Shown here in pieces: positions 49,601-61,479 of a stretch of DNA of 64,000 nt. The position numbers were made by a program, and so were the translations under genes. The stretch comes from Ylistrum balloti (lineage: Eukaryota): assembly GCF_031769215.1 (NCBI RefSeq), contig NW_026781892.1, positions 124,001 through 188,000 of the forward strand. The letters run 5' to 3'. The notes below the pieces were generated by a model. The model ran no database searches, was not told where the DNA came from, and saw nothing but the letters and a program-made list of their open reading frames with translations. Each line of letters begins with the position of its first letter. The first letter of the stretch is position 1.

Positions 49601-52600
49601 ATGTGTAAGTGTCCCTGCCTACTCGCTAAAAGTTTTAGATTTAAAAGAAGCAATCAGTTTGGACAGAAGCTTTTCTGAAGGCTGTGGAAGATTCCAAGTT
49701 TTAAATGGACACAATTAGAGGTGTGTAAAAAAGTGTGAATTTTTATTTTAAAGTTTAATTATTTAAATTTAGCATGCTATGAAGGAATCGTAACTAACCA
49801 CCTCTAGATAAAGTTCACGTAAACACCCTGATGTTGGACCATCCAGCTTCTCAGGAGTATAGATCTGTTCAAAATGGTCTTAACAGATTACACTCATATT
49901 TATATCAAAATGTTAATTTAAAGTGATTCATCTGAGTCAGTCAAAATCAGAGGGTCGATGTTACGCTTGACCACGGTAGATATTTCTAGCACACATGTCA
50001 ATTTCTTTTACAAAGGGCATGGTAGAGTGTTTCTCATTGTAAAATTGGACCTAAATCTTTGTATTCAATAACTACAATCTAAAGGCAATCTGAGTTATAC
50101 AGATCACATTTATACTTGTTGTATAAATGTGATCTACTACATTATACAGTTACTAAATAATTATAGATGTTACCCTAAACATTGAACTAGAGGATTCTAT
50201 GTAAACACCTGTAATCACACTCTAACCTGTTTCACTACATTTGCCTGTCATTTTTCCTATCATTGGCTTTACTGTTTTTCATAACCAGATCCTCATTATA
50301 CATCTATATGATTACGTCATTAATAGGAAGACATGAGTAGTTAATAAAATCAAGTTTTATTTCCTCTACAGAACCACCACGATCCAATATTCCTAATCCC
50401 CCTGAAGATGCAGTTCCCACAGCGGCCACTTACGAACGTCCATCTGAGGCTATAGAACGAACAAAATCACAGATGAAGGCCAGTATGATAGTTGTCAGAG
50501 ATGCACCAGAAATAGTGATTAAAGATGAAGGAAGAAAGCCAGATTTACCCACCTGTCCCATCATAGTTCTCGCAGGTAATGAAGATATGATAATAATTAC
50601 AGTAAGGAGGTTATTTAAACGGTTCCTGTCTGATCACAGTCATTACTGGTGATGAAGTTAAGGATTCCTGACTGATCATAGTCATTACTGGTGATGAAGT
50701 TAAGGATTCCTGTCTGATCACAGTCATTACTGGTGATGAAGTTAAGGATTCCTGTCTGATCATAGTCATTACTGGTGATGAAGTTAAGGATTCCTGTCTG
50801 ATCACAGTCATTACTGGTGAGGAAGTTAAGGGTTCCTGTCTGATCACAGTCATTACTGGTGATGAAGTTAAGGATTCCTGTCTGATCACAGTCATTACTG
50901 GTGAGGAAGTTAAGGATTCCTGTCTGATCATAGTCATTACTGGTGAGGAAGTTAAGGATTCCTGACTGATCACAGTCATTACTGGTGAGGAAGTTAAGGA
51001 TTCCTGTCTGATCACAGTCATTACTGGTGAGGAAGTTAAGGATTCCTGTCTGATCACAGTCATTACTGGTGATGAAGTGTAGGATTCCTGTCTGATCACA
51101 GTCATTACTGGTGATGAAGTTAAGGATTCCTGTCTGATCACAGTCATTACTGGTGATGAAGTTAAGGATTCCTGTCTGATCACAGTCATTACTGGTGAGG
51201 AAGTTAAGGATTCCTGTCTGATCATAGTCATTACTGGTGAGGAAGTTAAGGATTCCTGACTGATCACAGTCATTACTGGTGAGGAAGTTAAGGATTCCTG
51301 TCTGATCACAGTCATTACTGGTGAGGAAGTTAAGGATTCCTGTCTGATCATAGTCATTACTGGTGATGAAGTTAAGGATTCCTGTCTGATCATAGTCATT
51401 ACTGGTGATGAAGTCATTACTGGGATTCCTGATTCCTGTCTGATCATAGTCATTACTGGTGATGAAGTTAAGGATTCCTGACTGATCATAGTCATTACTG
51501 GTGATGAAGTTAAGGATTCCTGTCTGATCATAGTCATTACTGGTGATGAAGTTAAGGATTCCTGACTGATCATAGTCATTACTGGTGATGAAGTTAAGGA
51601 TTCCTGTCTGATCACAGTCATTACTGGTGATGAAGTTAAGGATTCCTGTCTGATCATAGTCATTACTGGTGAGGAAGTTAAGGATTCCTGTCTGATCACA
51701 GTCATTACTGGTGAGGAAGTTAAGGATTCCTGTCTGATCACAGTCATTACTGGTGAGGAAGTTAAGGATTCCTGTCTGATCATAGTCATTACTGGTGATG
51801 AAGTTAAGGATTCCTGACTGATCATAGTCATTACTGGTGAGGAAGTTAAGGATTCCTGACTGATCATAGTCATTACTGGTGAGGAAGTTAAGGATTCCTG
51901 TCTGATCACAGTCATTACTGGTGATGAAGTTAAGGATTCCTGTCTGATCACAGTCATTACTGGTGAGGAAGTTAAGGATTCCTGTCTGATCATAGTCACA
52001 GTCATTACTGGTGATGAAGTTAAGGATTCCTGACTGATCATAGTCATTACTGGTGATGAAGTTAAGGATTCCTGACTGATCATAGTCATTACTGGTGATG
52101 AAGTTAAGGATTCCTGTCTGATCACAGTCATTACTGGTGATGAAGTTAAGGATTCCTGTCTGATCACAGTCATTACTGGTGAGGAAGTTAAGGATTCCTG
52201 ACTGATCATAGTCATTACTGGTGAGGAAGTTAAGGATTCCTGTCTGATCACAGTCATTACTGGTGATGAAGTTAAGGATTCCTGTCTGATCACAGTCATT
52301 ACTGGTGAGGAAGTTAAGGATTCCTGACTGATCATAGTCATTACTGGTGAGGAAGTTAAGGATTCCTGACTGATCATAGTCATTACTGGTGATGAAGTTA
52401 AGGATTCCTGTCTGATCATAGTCATTACTGGTGAGGAAGTTAAGGATTCCTGTCTGATCACAGTCATTACTGGTGATGAAGTTAAGGATTCCTGACTGAT
52501 CATAGTCATTACTGGTGAGGAAGTTAAGGATTCCTGACTGATCACAGTCATTACTGGTGAGGAAGTTAAGGATTCCTGACTGATCATAGTCATTACTGAT

Positions 52601-55600
52601 GATGAAGTTAAGGATTCCTGACTGATCATAGTCATTACTGGTGAGGAAGTTAAGGATTCCTGTCTGATCACAGTCATTACTGGTGATGAAGTTAAGGATT
52701 CCTGACTGATCATAGTCATTACTGGTGAGGAAGTTAAGGATTCCTGACTGATCACAGTCATTACTGGTGAGGAAGTTAAGGATTCCTGACTGATCACAGT
52801 CATTACTGGTGATGAAGTTAAGGATTCCTGACTGATCATAGTCATTACTGGTGAGGAAGTTAAGGATTCCTGTCTGATCACAGTCATTACTGGTGATGAA
52901 GTTAAGGATTCCTGACTGATCATAGTCATTACTGGTGAGGAAGGTAAGGATTCCTGACTGATCACAGTCATTACTGTGAGGAAGTTAAGGATTCCTGACT
53001 GATCATAGTCATTACTGGTGAGGAAGTTAAGGATTCCTGACTGATCACAGTCATTACTGGTGAGGAAGTTAAGGATTCCTGTCTGATCACAGTCATTACT
53101 GGTGATGAAGTTAAGGATTCCTGACTGATCATAGTCATTACTGGTGAGGAAGTTAAGGATTCCTGTCTGATCATAGTCATTACTGGTGATGAAGTTAAGG
53201 ATTCCTGACTGATCATAGTCATTACTGGTGATGAAGTTAAGGATTCCTGTCTGATCACAGTCATTACTGGTGATGAAGTTAAGGATTCCTGACTGATCAC
53301 AGTCATTACTGGTGATGAAGTTAAGGATTCATGTCTGATTGTTGTACTATCCTACAGAAGTTATGTATAAGACGCCTGTCCTATCATAAGGAAGTTATAT
53401 ACAGAGGAATTAACAATTATACCTTGCTGATATCATATCTTTATAGATATATACTGATCATTACTGTGACTGTTCAGTTTTCTGACCTTACATGTTACAG
53501 GTGGACCAGGTAGTGGAAAAGGTACCCAAGCTAAGATGATCACTGAGCGCTACCCGGGAACAGTCCATATATCTATGGGGGATATTCTCAGGACAGAGAT
53601 CAGTCAAAATGGCACAGTGGATGAGAAATGGGGAATGATTAGCTCCTTAGTACAAAAAGGAGAAATGGCACCAGAGGTAAGGAAGGGAGACAACTCTGTT
53701 TCCAGATGAGCTTGGAACTTGATTTACTGTGTGAGGATACAAATAAAATTCATTTGTCAGTTTATGGACAGTTTTGGTATTATATATGAAAACACCATAG
53801 ATTGTAAATTAAAAACAGTGATAAAGTTGTAATAAAGACAATGAACATGTCTTTCGTTTGCAGGAGGTGACAGTAGATCTACTTAAAACTAACTTAGCAA
53901 AACACAAGGACGCATCAGCCATTATACTTGAAGGCTATCCTCGCGACAAGTCACAGGTGGAGGAATTCAATAAATATGTAAGTATATTTACACAGATCTC
54001 AATATATACACAGCTGAAAAAAGCAGATTATTGAAAAAGTATGTAAAGGTGTACAGAAAGGTAACTTTATAAACAAGATTAAAGAACTTGAAAGATAAGT
54101 ATGACTATTACATATGTGATGCTCAAGTCCTTGGTCACCATCTGTCCCTGACCTGTTGCCAGGTAACCGACAACAGGATGTCTTTACCATGGCATTTAAC
54201 TTAACCTAATTCTATCACTAATTTGTTGACCATGTTCTGGGATAAATGTGTACACCTCAAAATGTATGTCATAGAATAATTAATCAAAGTTTAGTCGTAA
54301 ATAACAAACATGATCACAACAACCAGAAGACCTTGATTTCACATTGGATTTGTGTGTTCTGGTGACTGTCAAGGTCACTGAGCCTCACGTCACATTGATG
54401 TGTTCTGGTTACTGTCAAGGTCACTGAGCCTCGTGGCACATTGATGTGTTCTGGTTACTGTCAATGTCACTGAGCCTCACGTCACATTGATGTGTTGTGG
54501 TGACTGTCAAGGTCACTGAGCCTCACGTCACATTGATGTGTTCTGGTGACTGTCAAGGTCACTGAGCCTCACGTCACATTGATGTGTTCTGGTGACTGTC
54601 AAGGTCACTGAGCCTCACGTCACATTGATGTGTTCTGGTGACTGTCAAGGTCACTGAGCCTCACGTCACATTGATGTGTTCTGGTGACTGTCAAGGTCAC
54701 TGAGCCTCACGTCACATTGATGTGTTCTGGTGACTGTCAAGGTCACTGAGCCTCACGTCACATTGATGTGTTCTGGTGACTGTCAAGGTCACTGAGCCTC
54801 ATGTCACATTGATGTGTTCTGGTGACTGTCAAGGTCACTGAGCCGCATGTCACACTGATGTGTTCTGGTGACTGTCAAGGTCACTGAGCCGCATGTCACA
54901 TTGATGTGTTCTGGTGACTGTCAAGGTCACTGAGCCCCATGTCAAATTGATGAGTTTCGGTGACTGTCAAGGTCACTGAGACTGATGTCACATTGATGTG
55001 TTCTGGTGACTGTCAAGGTCACTGAGCCTCATGTCACATTGATGTGTTCTGGTGACTGTCAAGGTCACTGAGACTGATGTCACATTGACATTAAAAGGTC
55101 ATGATTGTGAGACTAAGGTGTTAATACTTTGGCTTTGATGATGGTGTCTTCATTTTATATTTTGCTCAAAAAAATAAAAAAAACTTTGTATAAAGTTAGA
55201 TCAATACATCCATCTTTTACAAAACATCTCCCTGATTTTATGGTCCAGCAACTCTGAAATTTATTTTCTTGTATAGTGTTATTGATGTACAGAGATCTAA
55301 ACCCACCAAATAGACAATAGGAGTTTTAATCTTCTGTGTATTTTTGGACAGAACTGAAGATTTCTATAAATGACTACAAAATCTTCATGACTTTTCCCTA
55401 TTCACTTTAGATCCTTTTGCAGTCATATTAAAACAAGTACTTTAAAATATTGCATTAGTTTTCCTCTCCGTCCTCAGGAAGAGTGATACTATTGGGATGT
55501 GAATGTTATATTTGAAAGATTTTTTAGAATTTAACAATTCATAAAATTTTTACTTGTTTTACAATGCATCAGTGTATAAACTCGACAATACCTTGGAAAA

Positions 55601-58600
55601 GAACTAGATTTTAGACTGGAGTGTATTTTGTAGTTTGCTGATACTCTACCAACAGACCTTAAGACAGGCAAGACATAATTACCCATAATTATTGTTCTTT
55701 ACACTTTCTTACCAATGTTTCCTTCTAAATTGTAGATTGGAGGACTAAACTTTGTGCTGTTGGTAGACTGTGATGAATATTACATGCAGAAAAGACTGGT
55801 CGACAGAGGGAAGGAGAAAGACCGAATTGATGATAATCTCAACGCAATCTCCAGTAGAATTTGCTTCTTCCGTAATAATACACTACCTATTTTAAAACAC
55901 TTTGATGACAATGGCAAGCTTGTTGTCGTAAGTTGTTTAGAAATTTGTCCTATTTGATATGTATGTGAAGTGGATGTATGTGATCAAAGTATTTAAAAAA
56001 CTGAAAATTTTATTTTTTTAAAATCAAATGTTGAATGCCAGCACATAAAATAAAAAAACAGGTTATTATGCTTTTCCAGTAATTCATTACAATTGTCTTT
56101 TGTATGCTATTATTAGGATCTTAGAACATCAGCATACAAGTTATTTCAACTTATCAATAACAGTTTTAACTCGTAGTTGTCGTCTATAACGTGACTGAGA
56201 AGTAATGTTGGGTCATTGATTTTACAGCTGCATGGTGACAGAGATAGCCAGGCCTTGTTCTTTGATGTATCCTGTGTGTTAGATAGGGCTTTCTTCGGTG
56301 ATAAGTTACAGCAGCCTGTAAGTATTATATCAAATAAATACAGAACAATTTTTATATCAGAAGTTCGAACGATGAAAATATTGGGACATCAATTCTTTAT
56401 TTGATACCGCAATCACAGAACAGTTTTCTTCATGTTGTTATGTAGTTGCAGCTTTGTCCATCTGATAGATAGATAGGTAAATAGATCTTGATAAGGAGAA
56501 GTGCAGAGTACAAGAACCATAACTCTCTTTTACATAATTTAGGAGTTATTGAAACATGGTGTATACATTGGTCATACTAAGAGAATGTGCAGTATCCAAA
56601 ATTCAGGGCCTCAAACCTCTTACTTACAGAATTAATGCTCTATGAATCAATTTTGTGTCTAATAAAGTCTTTTTCAGGGAGAATTCATCAGGTTCACTGA
56701 TACTTTTGTTATTGTTAGCCCCCTACAAAACCTGACATTATAAGGACCCTGCCTTTATACATTGAAAACAAATCTTACTCTGTGAGAACAAAATGGATAC
56801 AGAAGACAATCATGTCCTGTCCTGTGATAATGTTGACAGATGTTTAGTGTACAAAACTAATGAATTTGTGAGTATCCTACTCAGTGATGCCTGGTAATAG
56901 ACCATGACCTAATTCCACACCAAATCTGTTGTGATGCAATCATCAGCATAGCAAGGAATAGTAATCGTAAGCACATAGTTTATTGTCTGGAGGACTCTCT
57001 TATCTTATGTCAAACTTGTAGCTGAAGACTTGAACAACACAAAACAGTAGTGACAAACAAAATCTTCTGTACAGGTAGGGGGGCAGTAAATAGGTAGTGG
57101 GGGACCTAGTATACAGATAGTGAAGGACCTAGTATACAGGTAGTGGGGGATCTAGTATACAGGTAGTGAGGGACCTAGTATACAGGTAGTGAGGGACCTA
57201 GTATACAGGTAGTGGGGGATCTAGTATACAGGTACAGGTAGTGAGGGACCTAGTATACAGGTAGTGAGGGACCTAGTATACAGGTAGTGGGGGACCTAGT
57301 ATACAGGTAGTGAGGGACCTAGTATACAGTTAGTGGGGGACCTAGTATACAGGTAGTGGGGGACCTAATATACAGGTAGAGAGGGACCTAGTATACAGGT
57401 AGAGAGGGACCTAGTATACAGGTAGTGGGGGACCTAGTATACAGATAGTGAGGGACCTAGTATACAGGTAGTGGGGGACCTAGTATACAGGTAGTGAGGG
57501 ACCTAGTATACAGGTAGTGGGGGACCTAGCATACAGGTAGTCAGAGACCTAGTATACAGGTAGTGGGGGACCTAGCATACAGGTAGTGGGGGACCTAGTA
57601 TACAGGTAGTCAGAGACCTAGTATACAGGTAGTGGGAGACCTAGTATACAGGTAGTGAGGGACCTAGTATACAGGTAGTGGGAGACCTACTATACATATA
57701 GTGGGGGACCTAGTATACAGGTAGTGGGGGGCCTAGTATACAGGTACTGGGGGACCTAGTATACAGGTAGTGGGGGACCTACTATACAGGTAGTGGGGGC
57801 CTAGTATACAGGTAGAGGGGGACCTAGTATACAGGTAGTGGGGGACCTAGTATACAGGTAGTGGGGGATCTAGTATACAGGTAGTGGAGGACCTAGTATA
57901 CAAGTAGTGGGGGACCTAGTATACAGGTAGTCAGAGACCTAGTATACAGGTAGAGGGGGACCTAGTATACAAGTAGTGAGAGACCTAGTATACAGGTAGA
58001 GGGAGACCTAGTATACAGGTAGTCAGAAACCTAGTATACAGGTAGTCAGGGACCTAGTATACAGGTAGTTGGAGACCTAGTATACAGGTAGTGGGGGACC
58101 TAGTATACAGGTACTGGGGGACCTAGTATACAGGTAGTGGGGGACCTACTATACAGGTAGTGGGGGCCTAGTATACAGGTAGAGGGGGACCTAGTATACA
58201 GGTAGTGGGGTACCTAGTATACAGGTAGTGGAGGACCTAGTATACAGGTAGTGGGGGACCTAGTATACAGGTAGTGGGGGACCTAGTATACAGGTAGTGG
58301 GGGACCTACTATACATGTAGTGGGAGCCTTGTATACAGGTAGAGGGGGACCTAGTATACAGGTAGTGGAGGACCTAGTATACAAGTAGTGGGGGACCTAG
58401 TATACAGGTAGTGGGGGACCTAGTATATAGGTAGTCAGAGACCTAGTATACAGGTAGAGGGGGACCTAGTATACAGGTAGTAAGGGATCTAGTATACAGG
58501 TAGTGAGGGACCTAGTATACAGGTAGTGGGGGCCTAGTATACAAGTAGTGAGGGACCTAGTATACAGGTAGTGGGGGACCTAATGTACAGGCAGTGGTGG

Positions 58601-60696
58601 TGGTGTAGTTAGGTGTATTACGGTACAGTGATACAGTAATATTAAGTCTGAGTGATAGGTTTACTTGTTACAGTGTGGTGGTGTAGTTAGGTGTATTACG
58701 GTACAGTGATACAGTAATATTAAGTCAGGGTGATAAGTTTACTTGTTACAGTGTGGTGGTGTAGTTAAGTGTATTACGGTACAGTGATACAGTAACAATA
58801 AGTCAGGGTGATTAGGTTTTTACCTGCTACAAACACTTACTCAGCAGCTTGGTCCATTTACATGTCAGATGTGAAGGGAGTGATCAGTGTTTTTATCTGA
58901 GGGAAAATTTATCCTTTGTGTAAATTATACATATATACCTTGTGGATAATGGCAGTAAGTAAACAGTCATTTTGTGTTAAAATTCATTTATTGTGACATT
59001 AACCTGTCATGAATAGGGTCTGAGAAATGTTTCATCTGTTATCACTGCTTTACTCTAGTTGTGTGACTTATGCCTATGATAGTTTGATTCATCATCAGGA
59101 ATACTTGTTAGTGTTGAAAATTACTGTAATACCGTTTCGCTTGTTAGGGTATTTTGATTTATTGTCGAGAATCAATTTTCAGTGCTGTGTAGTTGAGATG
59201 TTTAAATGCTGTGATTGTTCGTAAAATCTTTGACCTTAGAACCTAATGATGTTCGTTTCTATTCAAACGACAACATTTCATATTAGATGTTCTTTTCTTC
59301 ATGAAGATGCCAGCAGTTTTTTTTTGTTTTTTTTTTTGTGAAATGGTTTGGACACTGGATGAACTGACAAATTTCGATAACTAACTATCTTCCCTGAAAA
59401 ATCTTCTCCATTCAGATGCCTTTAAGAGACAAATGTGATGTCATTATCGTGTATAAATTTCTGTATAGATTTCTGTATAAATTTCTGTATAGATTTCTGT
59501 ATAAATTTCTGTATAGATTTTCAAACGTTGTATGACTTTTATTTACACATTATTTGTGACCTTGTAATGAAGGATGGCTATCCTATACAAACAGGTTGTA
59601 CATATTCATCTATTTCCTGTTTGTGATCCTATCCCTCCACAGTAAAATGTTGACATATCAGGCCCTCACATATAATGATTAAGATGACTGTAAAATCACT
59701 TTTTTAGTGGGACTTAATTTTCATGGTTTTCCCTTAAACTGTGGACACTTATTTCCATGGATAGATATAACTCAATAAATTTACTTCTACTTATTTCAAC
59801 AACTTGTTGATGTATAAATTCCATGAATTAAGAGTACCCACAAAATTAATGAAAATAAATTCCCCACAAAGAATAATAATTCTGCAGTAATTTGTTGTGA
59901 ACAATCATTATGTACTGGCACTACCACAAAGTCACTTTAATCAATACACTACCACAGTTACTGGGCACTACCACCTAATGACTTTAATCACATGCATGGT
60001 TCTTCGGCGAATATTATATGTGTAATATAACTCATTGAGATGTCAGATTTAGATAATTAAATGAAGTCACACACTGCAGTTTGATGTAACAATGCAGACC
60101 ATAGATATATCGCCAAAATGATATCAAGTTTGAAGTGGAGTGTTCGTTTTCTACTTGTTTGAATGCTTGATCTTGTGATAAAAAGGACCTGAAATTTTGA
60201 TATGTAAACAACTTTTTATGCTCCCCAAAATTTTTCAGGGGAGAATCTAGTCACCACCTTGTTCATCCATCTTTCTGTTTGTCCTTTTGTGTCGGAAATA
60301 TAACTTTGCTTACACTTAAGCAAGGATTGTGAATCTTTGTATTTTTTGGTCCTCGACCCTTCAGTTACAGAGTTACTGCCCTTTATTATAATTTTTTGCC
60401 AGGAGCATAACTTTGCTTGCATTTAAACTACAATAATATGTACAATAGGTGTACATTGGTCATATTAAGTGAATGTGCAGTATACCAAATTCAGGGCCTG
60501 CAACTTCTTAATTACATAATTATTGCCCTTTGCTGAAATTAAAAATACTTATACCTGATTAATAGATCTGGTATGAAATGTAAGACCTTGTATTACATAC
60601 TTGGTCATCCTAACATAAGAAATCTCACCAGACTTTACCAGGTTGACTTAAACTTGTCTTTTGTTTATTGACAGGCTCCGACATCTGAAGGTCAGG
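31578..60696 (+). CDS. AK5: Adenylate kinase 5-like protein: N-terminal RIIa/DPY30-type dimerisation domain plus at least two AK domains; partial, 584 codons in window, no stop reached
   Basis: Exons with consistent phases: 31578-31637, 34188-34407, 40690-40788, 41706-41881, 42733-42846, 43793-43984, 47541-47634, 50372-50575, 53501-53676, 53864-53977, 55736-55927, 56228-56317, 60675-60696. N-terminus MTTDDAKSYLSKRQIPRLFESLMTGLM matches the AK5 type. P-loops GGPGSGK, EGYPR motifs. Confidence 0.93.
32285..33312. repeat. 36-bp minisatellite (AK5 intron 1), decaying to the left
   Basis: ctactgtaacaatcattgtatagaaccgtcctctct. Confidence 0.96.
34188..34407 (+). CDS. AK5: AK5-like exon 2 (SLMTGLMYHRPTDHIKYLIDCLQKVQEKGG...KEPSKI)
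   Basis: 220 nt, phase 0 to 1; dimerisation-docking domain. Confidence 0.92.
34754..35911 (-). mobile_element. Penelope-like element fragment: RT C-terminus plus GIY-YIG endonuclease, antisense in AK5 intron 2
   Basis: SINPSIQFTMEY..ELPFLDV (RT thumb), PTDTHQYLDF, then CRKTRCGTC and NFIYCIICATCHENYIGQ...RIRVHR; frameshifts and stops present. Confidence 0.85.
37394..37407 (+). promoter_or_regulatory. Candidate RFX X-box (GTCGTCATGGTAAC) in AK5 intron 2
   Basis: 14-bp match to the GTYNYYATRGNAAC pattern; motif match only. Confidence 0.3.
37785..40345. repeat. 44-bp minisatellite (41-bp variants), about 58 copies, AK5 intron 2
   Basis: cctccactacacaatagtcctctggtgatgaccatcagagttaa. Confidence 0.98.
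40690..40788 (+). CDS. AK5: AK5-like exon 3 (EKQQSFEEKKASPLPPITKNVDDVPDVPITLII)
   Basis: 99 nt, phase 1 to 1; ends in the beta-strand before the P-loop. Confidence 0.88.
   Translation, partial: RSSRVLRRRKHHPYHPSLRMLMMCLMFLSHLL
41368..41665. repeat. 29-bp minisatellite, about 10 copies, just before AK5 exon 4
   Basis: gatacccctagttgtaacccctaattact. Confidence 0.95.
41706..41881 (+). CDS. AK5: AK5-like exon 4 (domain 1 P-loop GGPGSGKLTQ...GEMAPE)
   Basis: 176 nt, phase 1 to 0. Confidence 0.95.
42733..42846 (+). CDS. AK5: AK5-like exon 5 (EITADLLLTSLKSHPKAEGFILEGYPRTINQLKQFDKI)
   Basis: 114 nt, phase 0. Confidence 0.94.
43435..43800 (+). repeat. 52-bp minisatellite containing the AK5 exon 6 acceptor, 7 copies
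   Basis: gtatgttaagtatgtatgttgtacag|gtgggtcgtctatctattgtgtttct. Confidence 0.95.
43793..43984 (+). CDS. AK5: AK5-like exon 6 (VGRLDMSFMLDCDEHCCTQRLLQRG...GKLFV; domain 1 LID)
   Basis: 192 nt, phase 0; same length as exon 11. Confidence 0.92.
44213..46245 (+). repeat. 42-bp minisatellite, about 48 copies in two sub-families, each with GAG|GTGAGT
   Basis: gtgagttatgtatctttgctgactcaagttttgggtgttgag, then gtgagttataagttgttgctgactatggatttgggtgtagag. Confidence 0.98.
47093..47468. repeat. 69-bp minisatellite, about 5.5 nearly identical copies
   Basis: gactatgtggacaccagacataaacacacggtgagacaccatgctgataactatagatctaccactggg. Confidence 0.96.
47541..47634 (+). CDS. AK5: AK5-like exon 7 (INGDRDIKEVAFELKQYFTRSIFGDKNGKKL)
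   Basis: 94 nt, phase 0 to 1, GTGAGT donor. Confidence 0.9.
47735..48478. repeat. 35-bp minisatellite, about 21 copies
   Basis: ctgagatacacctggtctgtataactcaggtctga. Confidence 0.97.
49180..49440. repeat. 45-bp minisatellite
   Basis: ttctatcatcctaacattcatgatttgctgtagataaatgtatta. Confidence 0.88.
50372..50575 (+). CDS. AK5: AK5-like exon 8 (linker EPPRSNIPNPP...DLPTCPIIVLA)
   Basis: 204 nt, phase 1 to 1, strong polypyrimidine tract. Confidence 0.9.
50620..53335. repeat. 42-bp minisatellite, about 65 copies, filling AK5 intron 8
   Basis: gattcctgtctgatcacagtcattactggtgatgaagttaag. Confidence 0.98.
53501..53676 (+). CDS. AK5: AK5-like exon 9 (domain 2 P-loop GGPGSGKGTQ...GEMAPE)
   Basis: 176 nt, phase 1 to 0. 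Confidence 0.95.
53864..53977 (+). CDS. AK5: AK5-like exon 10 (EVTVDLLKTNLAKHKDASAIILEGYPRDKSQVEEFNKY)
   Basis: 114 nt, GTAAGT donor. Confidence 0.94.
54340..55088. repeat. 46-bp minisatellite, about 16 copies
   Basis: cacattgatgtgttctggtgactgtcaaggtcactgagcctcacgt. Confidence 0.96.
55736..55927 (+). CDS. AK5: AK5-like exon 11 (IGGLNFVLLVDCDEYYMQKRLVDRGKEKDRIDDN...GKLVV)
   Basis: 192 nt, GTAAGT donor. Confidence 0.94.
56228..56317 (+). CDS. AK5: AK5-like exon 12 (LHGDRDSQALFFDVSCVLDRAFFGDKLQQP)
   Basis: 90 nt, phase 0, GTAAGT donor; paralogous to exon 7. Confidence 0.9.
57070..58580. repeat. 23-bp minisatellite, about 65 copies
   Basis: ggggacctagtatacaggtagtg. Confidence 0.97.
58595..58815. 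repeat. 78-bp tandem repeat, 3 copies
   Basis: gtgtagttaggtgtattacggtacagtgatacag recurs at 58603, 58681 and 58759. Confidence 0.9.
60675..60696 (+). CDS. AK5: AK5-like candidate micro-exon 13 (APTSEGQ)
   Basis: ttttgtttattgacag acceptor, G|GTAAGT donor, 22 nt, phase 0 to 1, fits after exon 12. Confidence 0.65.
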
Positions 60697-61314
60697 GTAA
60701 GTGATTTATATTACCATTGGCTCTGTGACAAATATACCTACATTACTAAACAAATATACTTATAAATCAGGTGCATGTTACCTACCTATATATACTGAAT
60801 GATTCCTAACATTGAAATAACATGTATTAGAGCCTTAGTATGGATGGAAATACCTTGAGCTTAATTCTTTGTTTTCAAATGCTTAGAATTCTGAAGTATG
60901 TTAAGCTGAGATCTTCCTTACATGTTAGTACTAAAAGCAACAGTACGTGACTGAATGTCAGGACTTTTTGTTAGTCTAATGACTTTGGAGAGGTTTTGTT
61001 AGTCTAATGACTTTGCCTCAGTGTAGCTGACCTGGCATGTTGCTACTAATATTTGAAGAAGCTTCAGACGTTCCTAGATTTAAGGCAGTGTGGGGTAATA
61101 CACAGTAGTCACAGCTGCCATGCTTTATCTAGAATAAGATGGGAGGGATAAAGTGATAACTTCAGAGAGGTGGGCTTATAACAGGACAATGACAAAGCAT
61201 TGGCTGTAAATCCCACTAAAACTTACATAGGCTTATTAACAAGCTGGGCTTATTGAAATATTAAAACATTTAATATCTGATATAATGAATTGGTCACAAA
61301 TAGCAGAGAACAAC

Positions 61315-61425
61315 AGTAGGTATCAGTTATTGACCAGTGGGTGTCAGTTATCGACCAGTGGGTGTCAGTTATTGACATGTGGGTGTCAGTTATTGACCAG
61401 TGGGTGTCAGTTATTGACCAGTCCG
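61315..61425. repeat. 21-bp repeat, about 5 copies
   Basis: gtgggtgtcagttattgacca. Confidence 0.88.
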
Positions 61426-61479
61426 GATATACAGTGTGATCAGGAAACTTCTTATAAACTCATGTAAATAATCAATATT

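Noticed and set aside
50611-53306. 786-aa and 111-aa minus-strand ORFs
   Set aside because: They are translations of a 42-bp (multiple of 3) minisatellite filling AK5 intron 8, antisense to the gene, with no unique sequence.
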